In this document: positions 36,679 through 46,682 of the stretch, one piece after another
Numbering within the stretch: position 1 is the first letter of the stretch
Layout: each line of letters begins with the position of its first letter
Assembly: GCA_013003425.1 (NCBI GenBank)
Contig: JABDJB010000006.1
Coordinates: forward strand, 8,248-72,247
Direction of reading: 5' to 3'
Source of the DNA: Gammaproteobacteria bacterium
GTDB lineage: Bacteria; Pseudomonadota; Gammaproteobacteria; Steroidobacterales; JABDKV01
DNA: 64,000 nt
Translations under genes and position numbers: made by a program
Notes under the pieces: model-generated
What the model was told of the DNA's origin: nothing
Seen by the model: only the letters and a program-made list of their open reading frames with translations
The model's database searches: none

Positions 36679-38493
36679 CTATTTCTTACCCACACGCAAC
36701 ACCGCAAGAAAAGCCTCCTGGGGGATCTCCACCGATCCAACCTGCTTCATGCGCCGCTTGCCGGCCTTCTGCTTCTCCAGCAGCTTGCGTTTGCGGCTCA
36801 CATCACCGCCATAGCACTTTGCCGTCACATTCTTGCGCAGCGCCTTGACCGTGCTGCGGGAGATCACCTGCGAGCCGATAGCAGCCTGGATCGCGACATC
36901 AAACATTTGCCGCGGAATCAACTCGCGCAGCAGTTCGACCAGTTGGCGGCCACGCCCCCTGGCACTGTCACGGTGCACGATTACCGACAGGGCATCCACT
37001 CTCTCGCGATTGACCAGCACGTCCAGCCGAACCAGCGGCGCGTCTTCAAAGCGCAGGAAATGATAATCAAAAGAGGCAAAACCGCGACTGACCGATTTCA
37101 AACGGTCGAAGAAATCGAGCACGACCTCTGCCATCGGCAACTCGTACTCTATCGATACCTGGTGCCCAAGGTACTGCATACGCTTTTGTATGCCGCGTTT
37201 CTCCACACACAGTCCGATCACACTGCCCACGTGCTCATGCGGCACCAGTATGTGGGCGGCAATGATCGGCTCACGAATCTCGGCAGTCTTGTTGGACGGC
37301 GGCAGCTCTGACGGGTTGTCGACCTGCAGCACCTCACCGTCGGTGGTCTGTACTTCATAAACTACGGTTGGGGCAGTTGTGATCAGATCAGTTGAGTATT
37401 CCCGTTCCAGTCGCTCCTGGACAATTTCCATGTGCAGCATGCCAAGGAAACCGCAACGGAATCCAAGACCCAGTGCCGCAGAGGATTCCGGCTCGAACTG
37501 CAGCGCGGCATCGTTGAGTCGCAATTTCTGCAGCGCCTCGCGAAATGCCTCGTAATCGTCACTGTTGATCGGATACAAACCCGCGAAAACACGTGGCTGT
37601 GCCTGCTTGAATCCGTCCAGCGGCTCCGTACAAGGGTCGCGATCGTGCGTCAGCGTGTCACCGACCGGCGCGCCGTCAATCTCCTTGATAGTCGAAATCA
37701 CAAAACCGACTTCACCGGCGCGCAGCTCGGACCGGTCTTCCATTTTCGGCGTAAAGATCCCCACGCGGTCCACCAGGTGTGAGCGACCGGTCGAGATCAT
37801 CAGTATTTTGTCGCCTTTGGCCAGGACGCCATTGACCACCCGAACCAGCGTCACCACGCCAACATAATTATCGAACCATGAATCAACGATCAGCGCCTGC
37901 AGTCGATCATCCTGGCTGCCTTCCGGTGGCGGGATCCGCTGTGTAATTGCCTCCAGCAGTTCCACAACGCCGGCGCCGGTCTTCGCGCTGACCGCGATGG
38001 CATCGGTGGCATCGATCCCGATGATCTCTTCAATTTCCTTGCACACGCCGTCGGGATCAGCCGAGGGCAGGTCAATCTTGTTGAGCACCGGCATCACTTC
38101 CAGACCCTGCTCGATGGCCGTGTAGCAATTGGCTACCGTCTGCGCCTCGACGCCTTGCGCGACATCTACCAGCAGCAGCGCGCCCTCACAGGCCGCGAGC
38201 GAGCGCGACACCTCGTAAGAAAAATCGACGTGACCGGGTGTGTCGATGAAATTGAGCTGATACGTGCGACCATCGGCGGCCGTGTAATCCAGCGATACGC
38301 TTTGCGCCTTGATGGTTATACCGCGCTCGCGCTCCAGATCCATGCTGTCCAGCACCTGGTCACCCATTTCACGCTCGCTGAGGCCACCACAGTGCTGGAT
38401 AAAACGATCCGCCAGCGTCGACTTGCCGTGATCGATATGCGCGATGATAGAAAAATTCCGGATGTGGTCCACAGACGCCGCCAGCTGATTCAA
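36679..38493 (-). CDS. lepA: elongation factor 4 (LepA)
   Basis: 604 aa. [20 protein letters not shown], with the C-terminal LepA domain ending in the K-rich [13 protein letters not shown]. Confidence 0.95.
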   Translation of the reverse strand: MNQLAASVDHIRNFSIIAHIDHGKSTLADRFIQHCGGLSEREMGDQVLDSMDLERERGITIKAQSVSLDYTAADGRTYQLNFIDTPGHVDFSYEVSRSLAACEGALLLVDVAQGVEAQTVANCYTAIEQGLEVMPVLNKIDLPSADPDGVCKEIEEIIGIDATDAIAVSAKTGAGVVELLEAITQRIPPPEGSQDDRLQALIVDSWFDNYVGVVTLVRVVNGVLAKGDKILMISTGRSHLVDRVGIFTPKMEDRSELRAGEVGFVISTIKEIDGAPVGDTLTHDRDPCTEPLDGFKQAQPRVFAGLYPINSDDYEAFREALQKLRLNDAALQFEPESSAALGLGFRCGFLGMLHMEIVQERLEREYSTDLITTAPTVVYEVQTTDGEVLQVDNPSELPPSNKTAEIREPIIAAHILVPHEHVGSVIGLCVEKRGIQKRMQYLGHQVSIEYELPMAEVVLDFFDRLKSVSRGFASFDYHFLRFEDAPLVRLDVLVNRERVDALSVIVHRDSARGRGRQLVELLRELIPRQMFDVAIQAAIGSQVISRSTVKALRKNVTAKCYGGDVSRKRKLLEKQKAGKRRMKQVGSVEIPQEAFLAVLRVGKK

Positions 38494-38544
38494 AATCCGC
38501 TCATTATATACGTCAGCGGCCCGCTCGCGGCTGCGACACGCTTC

Positions 38545-38793
38545 TCAGGACCGCCCCAGCCACTGCTGCAGCCGCGTGCGGTCCAGCCGGTGCCGGCACA
38601 GCTCAGCGGATCCGGCGGTCAGCACCGGGATATCAAGGCCAAAACGCTCGGCCAGGCGCGAATCAGTGTCGATATCGATGACCTCGACCGCAACATTGTG
38701 ACCAATACACAACTGCTCCACCGCCTCGAGCATTTCGTCACAAAGATGGCAGCCGCGCCGATGGTAGAGCTGCAGCCGGCGCTGCGGCGTCAC
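38545..38793 (-). CDS. glutaredoxin-like (DUF836-type) small thioredoxin-fold protein
   Basis: 82 aa. LQLYHRRGCHLCDEM CxxC motif. The start overlaps the rseC stop by 4 nt. Confidence 0.65.
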   Translation of the reverse strand: MTPQRRLQLYHRRGCHLCDEMLEAVEQLCIGHNVAVEVIDIDTDSRLAERFGLDIPVLTAGSAELCRHRLDRTRLQQWLGRS

Positions 38794-39206
38794 TGCCGGT
38801 ACACACTGGGCCGCAGTGTGCGGCGCGAAGCTCTCACCCGTTGCCGCGCGTATAACATCGCCGGCAGCAGGCCACCGATGCTGCCTGCAACCGCGCCTGT
38901 CTCGCCAGCCAGCAAGTGGCCGGCCACCGCCCCGGCCAGCAGAGCCGCCAGTGGAACCAGGTAGGCCAATATCGCCGCATGTAACAACGTGGATTCAGGT
39001 ATCGCGATACACACTTCATCACCGGCTGCCAGTTCACCAACCGGCTGCCCGGTAATTGTCTGTGCGGTATCGCCGAGAATACGGCCGAAAAAAGCCCCAC
39101 CGCAGCCACGACCCGCAGCGCAACGCGCACAGCTTGAGGGGGCCTTGCCACGCACCTGGACCGCGCCGCCGGTTACAGCGATTACGTGTCCGGATTCACG
39201 CAACAT
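38790..39206 (-). CDS. rseC: RseC/MucC family (SoxR-reducing system) protein
   Basis: 138 aa. N-terminal Cys cluster SCARCAAGRGCG followed by two TM helices. Last gene of the rpoE-rseABC block. Confidence 0.75.
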   Translation of the reverse strand: MLRESGHVIAVTGGAVQVRGKAPSSCARCAAGRGCGGAFFGRILGDTAQTITGQPVGELAAGDEVCIAIPESTLLHAAILAYLVPLAALLAGAVAGHLLAGETGAVAGSIGGLLPAMLYARQRVRASRRTLRPSVYRQ

Positions 39207-39218
39207 GCCGGTAAAAAT

Positions 39219-40181
39219 CTACCTGGTGCGCTTGAGAGATGCGCCAATCATCTCGACGGTTGACGGGGGTACTTCGCCGACAGCGGTAACCTGGTATCCG
39301 TCAATTGTCGTTTCATAGGCATTGGCAGAACCGATGGTCGACAGGCCGGTTACAGGCTTTGCGTCTGCCGCAGCCTGCTCGACAAAAACCGACACTGAAG
39401 CAAGCCCGTCCGTGTACACGTAGTGCTCCACTTTTTCCTGCTCACTGTCGTGGGTGCGAGCCACCGTGAGCCTGAAGCCGCGTGGCAGGGCCTGCGCCTT
39501 CCATTCCTGGCTCGCATCGGGCCGGGGCGATGCCGGCTTGTTACCGTAGAGCTTGTAACCGTCGGCGGACAGACGTGGGGCCAGTTCGGCATCGGAAATA
39601 TCATCGCGCAGCGTAATGGACGTGAACAGGACTTCTTCAACAATAGCTCCGCTGTTGTCGATCAGTGCCGAACGCAGCGGCATGGCCGTTTGCTCGTCGA
39701 GCCACAGGCGATGGCCATAACGATATTCGTCACGCGGCCGGACTTCGATGATCCGTGCATCACGGTCGACCACCCGCTCTCGGCCGACGGTTTTAAAACG
39801 ATACAGCGCATCGAGCTCGGCATGATAACTGGGCAGCGAGGAAAGCAGCGGGCTGGCCTCGGTTTTTTCCACGACAACGGATTTTTCTTTCTCGAGGATG
39901 CAGCGCACCTCGTCGTCGTTACGGATAATTTCGCGTCCGCTGCCGTCGAGCGATATCAGGCGCTCGGAAATCCGCCCGTTAGCGTCAACGCGATGAATGA
40001 TACGCATTGTTTCCAGCGTATCGCCGGCCAGCCGGTGTACAAACGTGCCTTCGTAGTTGGTGTTCTCCACCGCCTCGGCCATCTTCTGCAGCCAGAGCCG
40101 CGGATCGCCGTCCATCGCCGCCGGCCCGCTGGCTCCGGCAAATACCGACAACAGGCACAGCTGGCTGATCAGCATTTCCAT
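39219..40181 (-). CDS. rseB: sigma-E regulatory protein RseB/MucB
   Basis: 320 aa. Signal peptide and a LolA-like fold block (YEGTFVHRLAGD...). Position after rseA. Confidence 0.85.
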   Translation of the reverse strand: MEMLISQLCLLSVFAGASGPAAMDGDPRLWLQKMAEAVENTNYEGTFVHRLAGDTLETMRIIHRVDANGRISERLISLDGSGREIIRNDDEVRCILEKEKSVVVEKTEASPLLSSLPSYHAELDALYRFKTVGRERVVDRDARIIEVRPRDEYRYGHRLWLDEQTAMPLRSALIDNSGAIVEEVLFTSITLRDDISDAELAPRLSADGYKLYGNKPASPRPDASQEWKAQALPRGFRLTVARTHDSEQEKVEHYVYTDGLASVSVFVEQAAADAKPVTGLSTIGSANAYETTIDGYQVTAVGEVPPSTVEMIGASLKRTR

Positions 40182-40837
40182 TATCGGTCTGCCTCAGTCT
40201 GTGTAACGAAACCGACGTTGCGGAACGTCGCCACTCCCTGCGGCGATGCTCCGGTCGTGCTGACATGACGCAACAGGTACTTGTTGAGCCGGGCGCGGTT
40301 CTCTGCAGAATACCGGGCAGACGGCAGCACTGCCGGCACATTGAAACTTGCCGGCGTCACGTTGTCCGTAGCAGGCATCAGCGTCAGCATGGCGTCGCCT
40401 GCCGCCACCAGTTCCCTTGCATCTGCGGGCGCCGATGTTACTGAATCCGCTGGCGGCGGCGTGACTGTGGCTATGGCGGGAACCTGTTCGGCATCTCGAT
40501 TGGGTAGCGTCATCAATGCCACCACTGCAAGCACCGCTGAAGCGGCGACGGCCAGGCCCCAGTTGCGGGTGCTGCCACCGGCAGCCGCCGGCTTTTTCAC
40601 TGCCGGCACCTGCTGACCTGCCACTGCCATCATTACCCGGCCGGCAAAATCGGCCGGCGCAGCAGCCTCCCCGCCGCGCATGGCGGAGCCGATCAGCGTG
40701 TAGGCCGCAGCGGTGTCACGCAGAGTCTCGTCGCGACACAGGCGTCGTACCAGCAACTCCGACTCTTCCGGTGCCAGCTCGTTATCTACAAATGCAGACA
40801 GCTGACTGTTTAGTTCGTCACTCATAAAACTGCTCAA
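40181..40837 (-). CDS. rseA: anti-sigma-E factor RseA/MucA
   Basis: 218 aa. N-terminal LSAFVDNEL motif and a central TM segment. Overlaps the rpoE stop. Confidence 0.85.
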   Translation of the reverse strand: MSSFMSDELNSQLSAFVDNELAPEESELLVRRLCRDETLRDTAAAYTLIGSAMRGGEAAAPADFAGRVMMAVAGQQVPAVKKPAAAGGSTRNWGLAVAASAVLAVVALMTLPNRDAEQVPAIATVTPPPADSVTSAPADARELVAAGDAMLTLMPATDNVTPASFNVPAVLPSARYSAENRARLNKYLLRHVSTTGASPQGVATFRNVGFVTQTEADR

Positions 40838-41409
40838 TCCAGCAAAGGACGTAATTTCTTTTCAATCGCCTCGCGCGCACGAAAGATACGTGACCGTACC
40901 GTACCCACGGGGCATTCCATCGTCTGCGCAATTTCTTCGTAGGTCATACCTTCGAGTTCACGCAGTATGATCGCCGTTCGCAGATCATCGGGCAAATGTT
41001 CAATCGCCCGGTTCACCGTGCGGCGGATCTCGTTACTCAGCACCAGGCCCTCCGGCGTATCGATATCCTTCAGCCTTGCCTGAGTGTCGTACTGCTCCGG
41101 ATCCTGCGGATCCAGGTCGTATTCCAGCGGCCGCCGTTTGGCAGCCACCAGGTGGTTCTTGGCGGTGTTGATCGCAATCCTGTAAAGCCATGTATAGAAC
41201 GCACTGTCACCGCGAAATTTTGGCAGCGCACGGTAAGCCTTTAGGAAGGCTTCCTGAGCCACATCGAGCGCTTCGGTCGGGTCTTTAACATAGCGCATCA
41301 CCAGCTTGACGATTTTGTGCTGGTACTGCAGCACCAGTACATCGAATGCCGACTTGTCGCCTTGTTGTACCCGCTCTACCAGGAGCTGGTCGCTGGACTT
41401 ATTGCCCAT
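40834..41409 (-). CDS. rpoE: RNA polymerase sigma factor RpoE/AlgU (sigma-24)
   Basis: 191 aa. DQLLVERVQQGDKSAFDVLVLQYQHKI, with region 4 LRELEGMTYEEIAQTMECPVGTVRSR. Confidence 0.95.
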   Translation of the reverse strand: MGNKSSDQLLVERVQQGDKSAFDVLVLQYQHKIVKLVMRYVKDPTEALDVAQEAFLKAYRALPKFRGDSAFYTWLYRIAINTAKNHLVAAKRRPLEYDLDPQDPEQYDTQARLKDIDTPEGLVLSNEIRRTVNRAIEHLPDDLRTAIILRELEGMTYEEIAQTMECPVGTVRSRIFRAREAIEKKLRPLLD

Positions 41410-41450
41410 CCGGGCAAACCCCTTCCGGCCCTGGTTTCCGAGCCTGTTCG

Positions 41451-41477
41451 GTAGACCTGCTGCCCCGCGGAAAGTTC
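41451..41477 (-). promoter_or_regulatory. sigma-E/AlgU-type autoregulated promoter GAACTT-N16-TCTAC upstream of rpoE
   Basis: On the minus strand GAACTT is at 41477-41472, followed by a 16-nt spacer and TCTAC at 41455-41451. This lies about 42 nt upstream of the rpoE ATG. Confidence 0.5.
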
Positions 41478-41532
41478 GCGAAACATAAAGAATTTCGCCG
41501 GACCCAGGCCCGGCGCACCAGCGGGCATTTTA

Positions 41533-41925
41533 TCACGCCGCCGCCCGGCTCTGGTGCCGCAGCAGTGCCCGCAGGCGACGCTGCCCGCCGCACCGGAAAG
41601 CATCACCGAACAACATCTCAGATTGGCCTGTAGTTGTGACGGAGATCACACCAGGAACCGGTCCGGCAGCCAGACGCGCCGGCCGTCGCTGCCGGCCTGC
41701 CCGATACAGCCACCAGCCCCCCGCAGCGTCCCGCTGCAGCTCCTCAGGCCAGGCGCGCCGCCGGAGGCGCCAGCAACTGATGCCGAGGGCAAACAGGCCA
41801 CCTGCCGCCAGCGGCAGGCTGCAGTGCAGCACAGCCAGCGCAGCCGTGAGATGCCCGGTGATCAACGCGCGCTGGCGCCACTTCGAGCGCCCCAGGCAAA
41901 ACCTCTCAGTCTGCGCGCATGGCAT
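41533..41925 (-). CDS. ygfX: YgfX/CptA-like inner membrane protein
   Basis: 130 aa. SKWRQRALITGHLTAALAVL aligns by eye with E. coli YgfX S-WRAQWLSLLIHGLVAAVILL. Immediately downstream of sdhE with a 20-nt overlap. Confidence 0.55.
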   Translation of the reverse strand: MPCAQTERFCLGRSKWRQRALITGHLTAALAVLHCSLPLAAGGLFALGISCWRLRRRAWPEELQRDAAGGWWLYRAGRQRRPARLAAGPVPGVISVTTTGQSEMLFGDAFRCGGQRRLRALLRHQSRAAA

Positions 41926-42148
41926 CGATCAGTTGCTCCAGACCCGGGTCGTCAGGACGTTCGCGCCCGGTGAGCCAGGCAAGCAATACCGGGTCCGGTG
42001 TGTCGATCAGCCGGCGGAATTGCGCCTGCAGGCCGGGCGATGAGGCGGCATAGTGTCGGTCCAGCCAGCCGCTCATCAACAGGTCCAGTTCGCGCATGCC
42101 GCGCCGGCAGCGCCAGCGCAGCTGTGCCAGCTCGCGCGGCTCACTCAG
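41906..42148 (-). CDS. sdhE: FAD assembly factor SdhE (YgfY/DUF339); start assigned to a CTG that overlaps the sdhB stop
   Basis: The track ORF (63 aa) starts at the M of RRGMRELD. The in-frame upstream sequence [17 protein letters not shown] completes the conserved RGxxE motif but contains no ATG, GTG or TTG. Confidence 0.6.
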   Translation of the reverse strand: MSEPRELAQLRWRCRRGMRELDLLMSGWLDRHYAASSPGLQAQFRRLIDTPDPVLLAWLTGRERPDDPGLEQLIDAMRAD

Positions 42149-42924
42149 TGGCGCCGCTCCATCAGCAGTTTCTTGGTCTCGGCGATTGCCTTACCCGGGT
42201 TAAGGTTTTTCGGGCAGGCGCTGGTGCAGTTGAGGATGGTATGGCAGCGGTACAGGCGGAACGGATCTTCCAGTTGATCCAGACGCTCACCGGCCGCCTC
42301 GTCACGTGAGTCGACGAGCCAGCGGTAGGCCTGCAACAGAATCGCCGGACCCAGGTAACGATCGCTGTTCCACCAGTAACTGGGACAGCTGGCGGAACAG
42401 CAGGCGCACAGGATGCAGGCGGAAGGGTCGTCAATCTTCTGCTGATCTTCCTTGGACTGCAGCCGTTCGCGATCCGGCGGTGCCGGCGTGCGTGTCTTGA
42501 GCCAGGGCTGAATCGACGCGTATTGTGCGTAGAACCCGGTCAGGTCAGGCACCAGGTCCTTTACCACGCGCATGTGTGGCAGCGGATAAACGTTGAGATC
42601 ACCCTTTGAATCGCTGATCGCACGGGTGCAGGCCAGCGTGTTACCACCGTCGATGTTCATGGCACAGGAACCACAGATTCCTTCGCGGCACGATCGGCGG
42701 AATGTCAGCGTCGGGTCAACTTCATTCTTTATCTTGATCAGCGCGTCGAGAACCATGGGACCGCAGCGGTCGAGGTCGACCTCGTAGGAATCCATGCGCG
42801 GCGTTTCGCCCGAATCAGGGTCGTAGCGATACACCTTGACGGTGCGCTTGCGTTGCGCACCCTCGGCCGGGTAATGCTTGCCCTGGCTGATCCTGGAATT
42901 GGCCGGCAACCTGAACTGCGCCAT
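42145..42924 (-). CDS. sdhB: succinate dehydrogenase iron-sulfur subunit
   Basis: 259 aa. Cys clusters [23 protein letters not shown] and [12 protein letters not shown]. Confidence 0.95.
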   Translation of the reverse strand: MAQFRLPANSRISQGKHYPAEGAQRKRTVKVYRYDPDSGETPRMDSYEVDLDRCGPMVLDALIKIKNEVDPTLTFRRSCREGICGSCAMNIDGGNTLACTRAISDSKGDLNVYPLPHMRVVKDLVPDLTGFYAQYASIQPWLKTRTPAPPDRERLQSKEDQQKIDDPSACILCACCSASCPSYWWNSDRYLGPAILLQAYRWLVDSRDEAAGERLDQLEDPFRLYRCHTILNCTSACPKNLNPGKAIAETKKLLMERRH

Positions 42925-42934
42925 AGCGTAACTC

Positions 42935-44710
42935 CTAGTAAACGCGCTGCTTGGGAGGAATGGGGTCTACCTCATCGGTCAACGTATGCAGGTTGACCGG
43001 GCGGTAATCAAATGTGGCTTTGCCGTCGGCCACCCAGACAAGGACATGCTTCATCCAGCTGTCATCATCGCGGTCCGGGTAGTCTTCCCGTGCCTGGGCA
43101 CCACGGCTTTCCCTGCGATGCCCGGCAGCAGATATCGTCGCGACGGCCTGGTCGAGCAGGTTTTCCAGCTCCATCGTCTCGATCAGGTCGGTATTCCATA
43201 TCAGCGACCGGTCGGCAACCGAAACATCGGCGAAGGTACTGTGAATAGCAGCCAGTTTTTCTATGCCCTCGTTTATCAGGTCGCCGGTACGGAACACCGC
43301 GGCATGCTCCTGCATGCACTTTTGCATGTCCAGCCGGATTTCTGATGTTCTGCGGCCACCTTTGGCGTTGCGCAGCTTATCCAGCCGTGCCAGCGACTTG
43401 TCGCCGGCATCTGCCGGCAGCGCCGCATGCTTGGCACCGGGCGTAACGGTTTCGGCACAACGCTGTGCTGCTGCGCGACCGAACACCACCAGGTCGAGCA
43501 GGGAATTGGAACCCAGCCGGTTGGCGCCGTGCACCGACACACAGGCCGCTTCACCTGCCGCCATCAGGCCCGGCACGACATCTCCACCACGCGTCACAAC
43601 TTCGCCGTGATAATTGGTCGGAATGCCACCCATGTTGTAGTGCACGGTTGGCAGCACCGGGATGGGCTCACGGGTTACATCGACGCCGGCAAAAATTCTC
43701 GCCGTCTCGGCGATACCTGGCAGGCGCTCGTCGATAACTTCACTACCCAGGTGCTGCAGGTTGAGATGCAGGTGGTCCTGGTGCTCACCGATGCCGCGGC
43801 CCTCGCGAATTTCTATCGTCATGGAGCGGCTGACGACATCGCGCGACGCAAGATCCTTCGCGTTCGGCGCGTAGCGCTCCATGAAGCGCTCACCCTCGGA
43901 GTTGGTAAGGAAGCCGCCTTCACCACGAGAACCCTCGGTAATTAGGCAGCCGGCTCCGTAGATACCGGTGGGATGGAACTGGACGAACTCCATATCCTGC
44001 AGCGGCAGACCGGCGCGCAGCACCATCGCGTTGCCGTCGCCGGTGCAGGTGTGCGCCGAGGTGCAGGAAAAATACGCGCGGCCGTAGCCACCGGTCGCGA
44101 GTATCACGTTATGAGCACGAAAGCGGTGCAGCGTACCGGTGGCCAGGTCGATCGCCACCACGCCACGGCAGGCGCCATCTTCCATCAGCAGGTCGATGGC
44201 AAAATATTCAATGAAAAACGATGCGTCGTGACGCAACGATTGCTGGTACAGCGTGTGCAGCATGGCATGACCGGTGCGGTCTGCCGCGGCGCAGGTACGC
44301 TGTGCATTGCCCTTGCCATAATGCGTGCTCATACCACCGAATGGCCGCTGGTAAATACGACCGTCTTCGGTACGCGAAAATGGCACGCCGTAATGCTCCA
44401 GCTCGATGATGGCGGCAGGCGCCTCCTTGCACATGTATTCGATGGCGTCCTGGTCACCGAGCCAGTCAGACCCTTTGACCGTGTCGTACATGTGCCAGCG
44501 CCAGTCATCCTCGCCCATATTGCCGAGCGCGGCGCTGATACCGCCCTGCGCTGCCACCGTGTGGCTGCGAGTAGGAAAAACCTTGGTAATGCAGGCCGTT
44601 TCCAGACCGGCCTGAGCCAGCCCGAGCGTCGCGCGCAACCCTGCGCCGCCGGCGCCGACTACAACAACATCGTAAGTGTGATCGGTGAACTCGTAGTTGC
44701 CGGACATCAT
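42935..44710 (-). CDS. sdhA: succinate dehydrogenase flavoprotein subunit
   Basis: 591 aa. [13 protein letters not shown], the FAD-histidyl site [10 protein letters not shown] and HGANRLG. Confidence 0.95.
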   Translation of the reverse strand: MMSGNYEFTDHTYDVVVVGAGGAGLRATLGLAQAGLETACITKVFPTRSHTVAAQGGISAALGNMGEDDWRWHMYDTVKGSDWLGDQDAIEYMCKEAPAAIIELEHYGVPFSRTEDGRIYQRPFGGMSTHYGKGNAQRTCAAADRTGHAMLHTLYQQSLRHDASFFIEYFAIDLLMEDGACRGVVAIDLATGTLHRFRAHNVILATGGYGRAYFSCTSAHTCTGDGNAMVLRAGLPLQDMEFVQFHPTGIYGAGCLITEGSRGEGGFLTNSEGERFMERYAPNAKDLASRDVVSRSMTIEIREGRGIGEHQDHLHLNLQHLGSEVIDERLPGIAETARIFAGVDVTREPIPVLPTVHYNMGGIPTNYHGEVVTRGGDVVPGLMAAGEAACVSVHGANRLGSNSLLDLVVFGRAAAQRCAETVTPGAKHAALPADAGDKSLARLDKLRNAKGGRRTSEIRLDMQKCMQEHAAVFRTGDLINEGIEKLAAIHSTFADVSVADRSLIWNTDLIETMELENLLDQAVATISAAGHRRESRGAQAREDYPDRDDDSWMKHVLVWVADGKATFDYRPVNLHTLTDEVDPIPPKQRVY

Positions 44711-45097
44711 TCAGCTTCCCAGTGCAATTTTCAGCACCGCGAAGATGCTCGCGGCTGCAACGACGACGTGGATGAATTTCTGCAGTACCAGCCAGGTGAC
44801 TTTCGCCCAGCCGTGCACGTAATCCTCGATAACCACCTGCACTCCGAGCGACGAGTGCCAGGTAACCGTGGCAATAAACAGGATCAGCATGACGGCGTTG
44901 ACCGGTCCGGCAATCCAGTCAATCACCCCAAGGTAGTCTGACCGGCCGCTGCCCAGCAAAAACGCAACGGAGAAAACAAACCACAAGCCCAGCGGCAGCA
45001 GCGCTACCGCAGAAACACGCTGCGCCCACCAGTGCGACGCACCTTCTTTGGCCGAACCCAGGCCGAGCACACGACCCAATGCGCTGCGCTGGCTCAT
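44711..45097 (-). CDS. sdhD: succinate dehydrogenase membrane anchor subunit
   Basis: 128 aa. HWWAQRVSAVALLPL, three TM segments, operon position. Confidence 0.85.
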   Translation of the reverse strand: MSQRSALGRVLGLGSAKEGASHWWAQRVSAVALLPLGLWFVFSVAFLLGSGRSDYLGVIDWIAGPVNAVMLILFIATVTWHSSLGVQVVIEDYVHGWAKVTWLVLQKFIHVVVAAASIFAVLKIALGS

Positions 45098-45484
45098 CTA
45101 GCTGACCCCCGTGGCAATCATCGCCGCGATGGCGGTCAGCGCCAGGCTCGCGACTACAACAATCCAGCCCGAAGCGCGGTACTGGTTCTTTTCAAAACCG
45201 ACGCCGGCATCCCAGAACAAGTGGCGCACGCCGTTACACAGGTGCAGGAAAAGCGAGAACGCCAGCCCGAGCAAAACAACAATTCCAACAGGCGACGCAA
45301 GCAGCTCGCGCAACCTGGTGTAGGCCTCAGGCCCGCTGGCGGCGGTGATCAGCCACAAAGCGAGCAACAGCAGGCCGAACGCCATCGCCATTCCGGTGGC
45401 GCGGTGCATGATCGACAGGAACATGGTGATCTGCCAGCGGTAGATCTGCAGGTGTGGCGATAACGGGCGGTTTGCTTCAGACAT
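45098..45484 (-). CDS. sdhC: succinate dehydrogenase cytochrome b556 subunit
   Basis: 128 aa, RPLSPHLQIYRWQITMFLSIMHRATG signature. Confidence 0.9.
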   Translation of the reverse strand: MSEANRPLSPHLQIYRWQITMFLSIMHRATGMAMAFGLLLLALWLITAASGPEAYTRLRELLASPVGIVVLLGLAFSLFLHLCNGVRHLFWDAGVGFEKNQYRASGWIVVVASLALTAIAAMIATGVS

Positions 45485-45516
45485 GCATCCGGTCTCGGAG
45501 TGATTGGATCATTGCT

Positions 45517-45675
45517 TCAGAAATCGATACAGCGGCCATTTTTTTCCCAGTCGCCGTAACGGGTCGGGTCGGGACCGTCGCGCCCGCCTATTTCCTGCGG
45601 TGGCTCGGAATCGACCGGCGGCGCCCCGGCCTCGTCATCTGGCCTGGGTTTCTGATCGTTTGACTCACCGCTCAT
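45517..45675 (-). CDS. DUF1674 protein (SDHAF4-like)
   Basis: The C-terminus EIGGRDGPDPTRYGDWEKNGRCIDF matches the DUF1674/SDHAF4 signature. I chose the ATG at 45675 (GGAG SD 8 nt upstream, 52 aa). It ends 32 nt upstream of sdhC. Confidence 0.7.
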   Translation of the reverse strand: MSGESNDQKPRPDDEAGAPPVDSEPPQEIGGRDGPDPTRYGDWEKNGRCIDF

Positions 45676-45773
45676 GTGCTGCTCCGTTGGCCGCCCGGGC
45701 ACGCCCCGCTGGCAGTTATTGTGCTCCAACCACCCACCTGCAGGCAACGCGGTTACAATATGAGCAGTAACTC

Positions 45774-46610
45774 ATGGCAAATGACATCCCTATACACGGC
45801 CCGCGCGCGGCTGGTCTGCTCGGCCACTATGGCTGCATCGAGATCGATGGCGCTGATGCCGGCCCGTTCCTGCAGTCGCAGCTGTCGGCAGACATAGACG
45901 CGCTCGACCCGGAGCAGTCGGTACTGACCGGCTGGCACGACCGCAAGGGTCGCGTCCTCGCCTGTCCGCGCGTGGTGCGCAAGGCATCGTCATACTGGCT
46001 CATGCTGCCTGCCGGTCTGGTGGCTGAGACGCTCGCCGGCCTCAAGGTCTTCGTGTTTCGCTCGAAGGTGAGCCTTGCCGATCGCAGCGACACGATTGCT
46101 GCTGCCGGAGTTATTGATGAGTCTGGCCAACGCCACGAGGTTTATGCCAGACGTGAGCCGCTGCTGGAACGGCTGGCCGCGCATCATGCCGAGGGGGTGC
46201 GCGAGATCAGCACCGGGCAATGGGACCTGCTCGACATCGGCGCCGGCACGCCGCAGGTATACGAACAGACGCGCGGGGATTTTACCGGGCAGATGATAAA
46301 CCTTGACCTGATCGGCGGCATCAGTTTCAGCAAGGGTTGCTACCCGGGGCAGGAAGTCATCGCGCGCACCCATCATCTCGGCCGCTCCAAGCGTCGTATG
46401 CAGCGCTACGTTTGCGACGGCGCGGCACCCGAACCGGGCACCAGTCTCGACGATGAGCAAGGCAAACGCGGCGGCTCGGTGGTGCGCTCTGCGCCGGCCG
46501 AGTCCGGAAGCGAAGCGCTAATCGTCACCGCGGTTGCCAATCCGCCGGTTCTCGTTGCCGCCGACGGTTCCCGGCTCACACCGACATCACTACCCTATTC
46601 GGTTGCATGA
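45774..46610 (+). CDS. ygfZ: folate-binding Fe-S cluster repair/tRNA-modification protein YgfZ
   Basis: 278 aa, with the signature KGCYPGQEVIARTHHLG. Confidence 0.85.
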   Translation: MANDIPIHGPRAAGLLGHYGCIEIDGADAGPFLQSQLSADIDALDPEQSVLTGWHDRKGRVLACPRVVRKASSYWLMLPAGLVAETLAGLKVFVFRSKVSLADRSDTIAAAGVIDESGQRHEVYARREPLLERLAAHHAEGVREISTGQWDLLDIGAGTPQVYEQTRGDFTGQMINLDLIGGISFSKGCYPGQEVIARTHHLGRSKRRMQRYVCDGAAPEPGTSLDDEQGKRGGSVVRSAPAESGSEALIVTAVANPPVLVAADGSRLTPTSLPYSVA

Positions 46611-46682
46611 TCATCGTCGTTAAACCGGCGACGGCCGGTTCGACTCGTTTGGCCAAACAGTGCTGACCACAAAGTAACGAAG

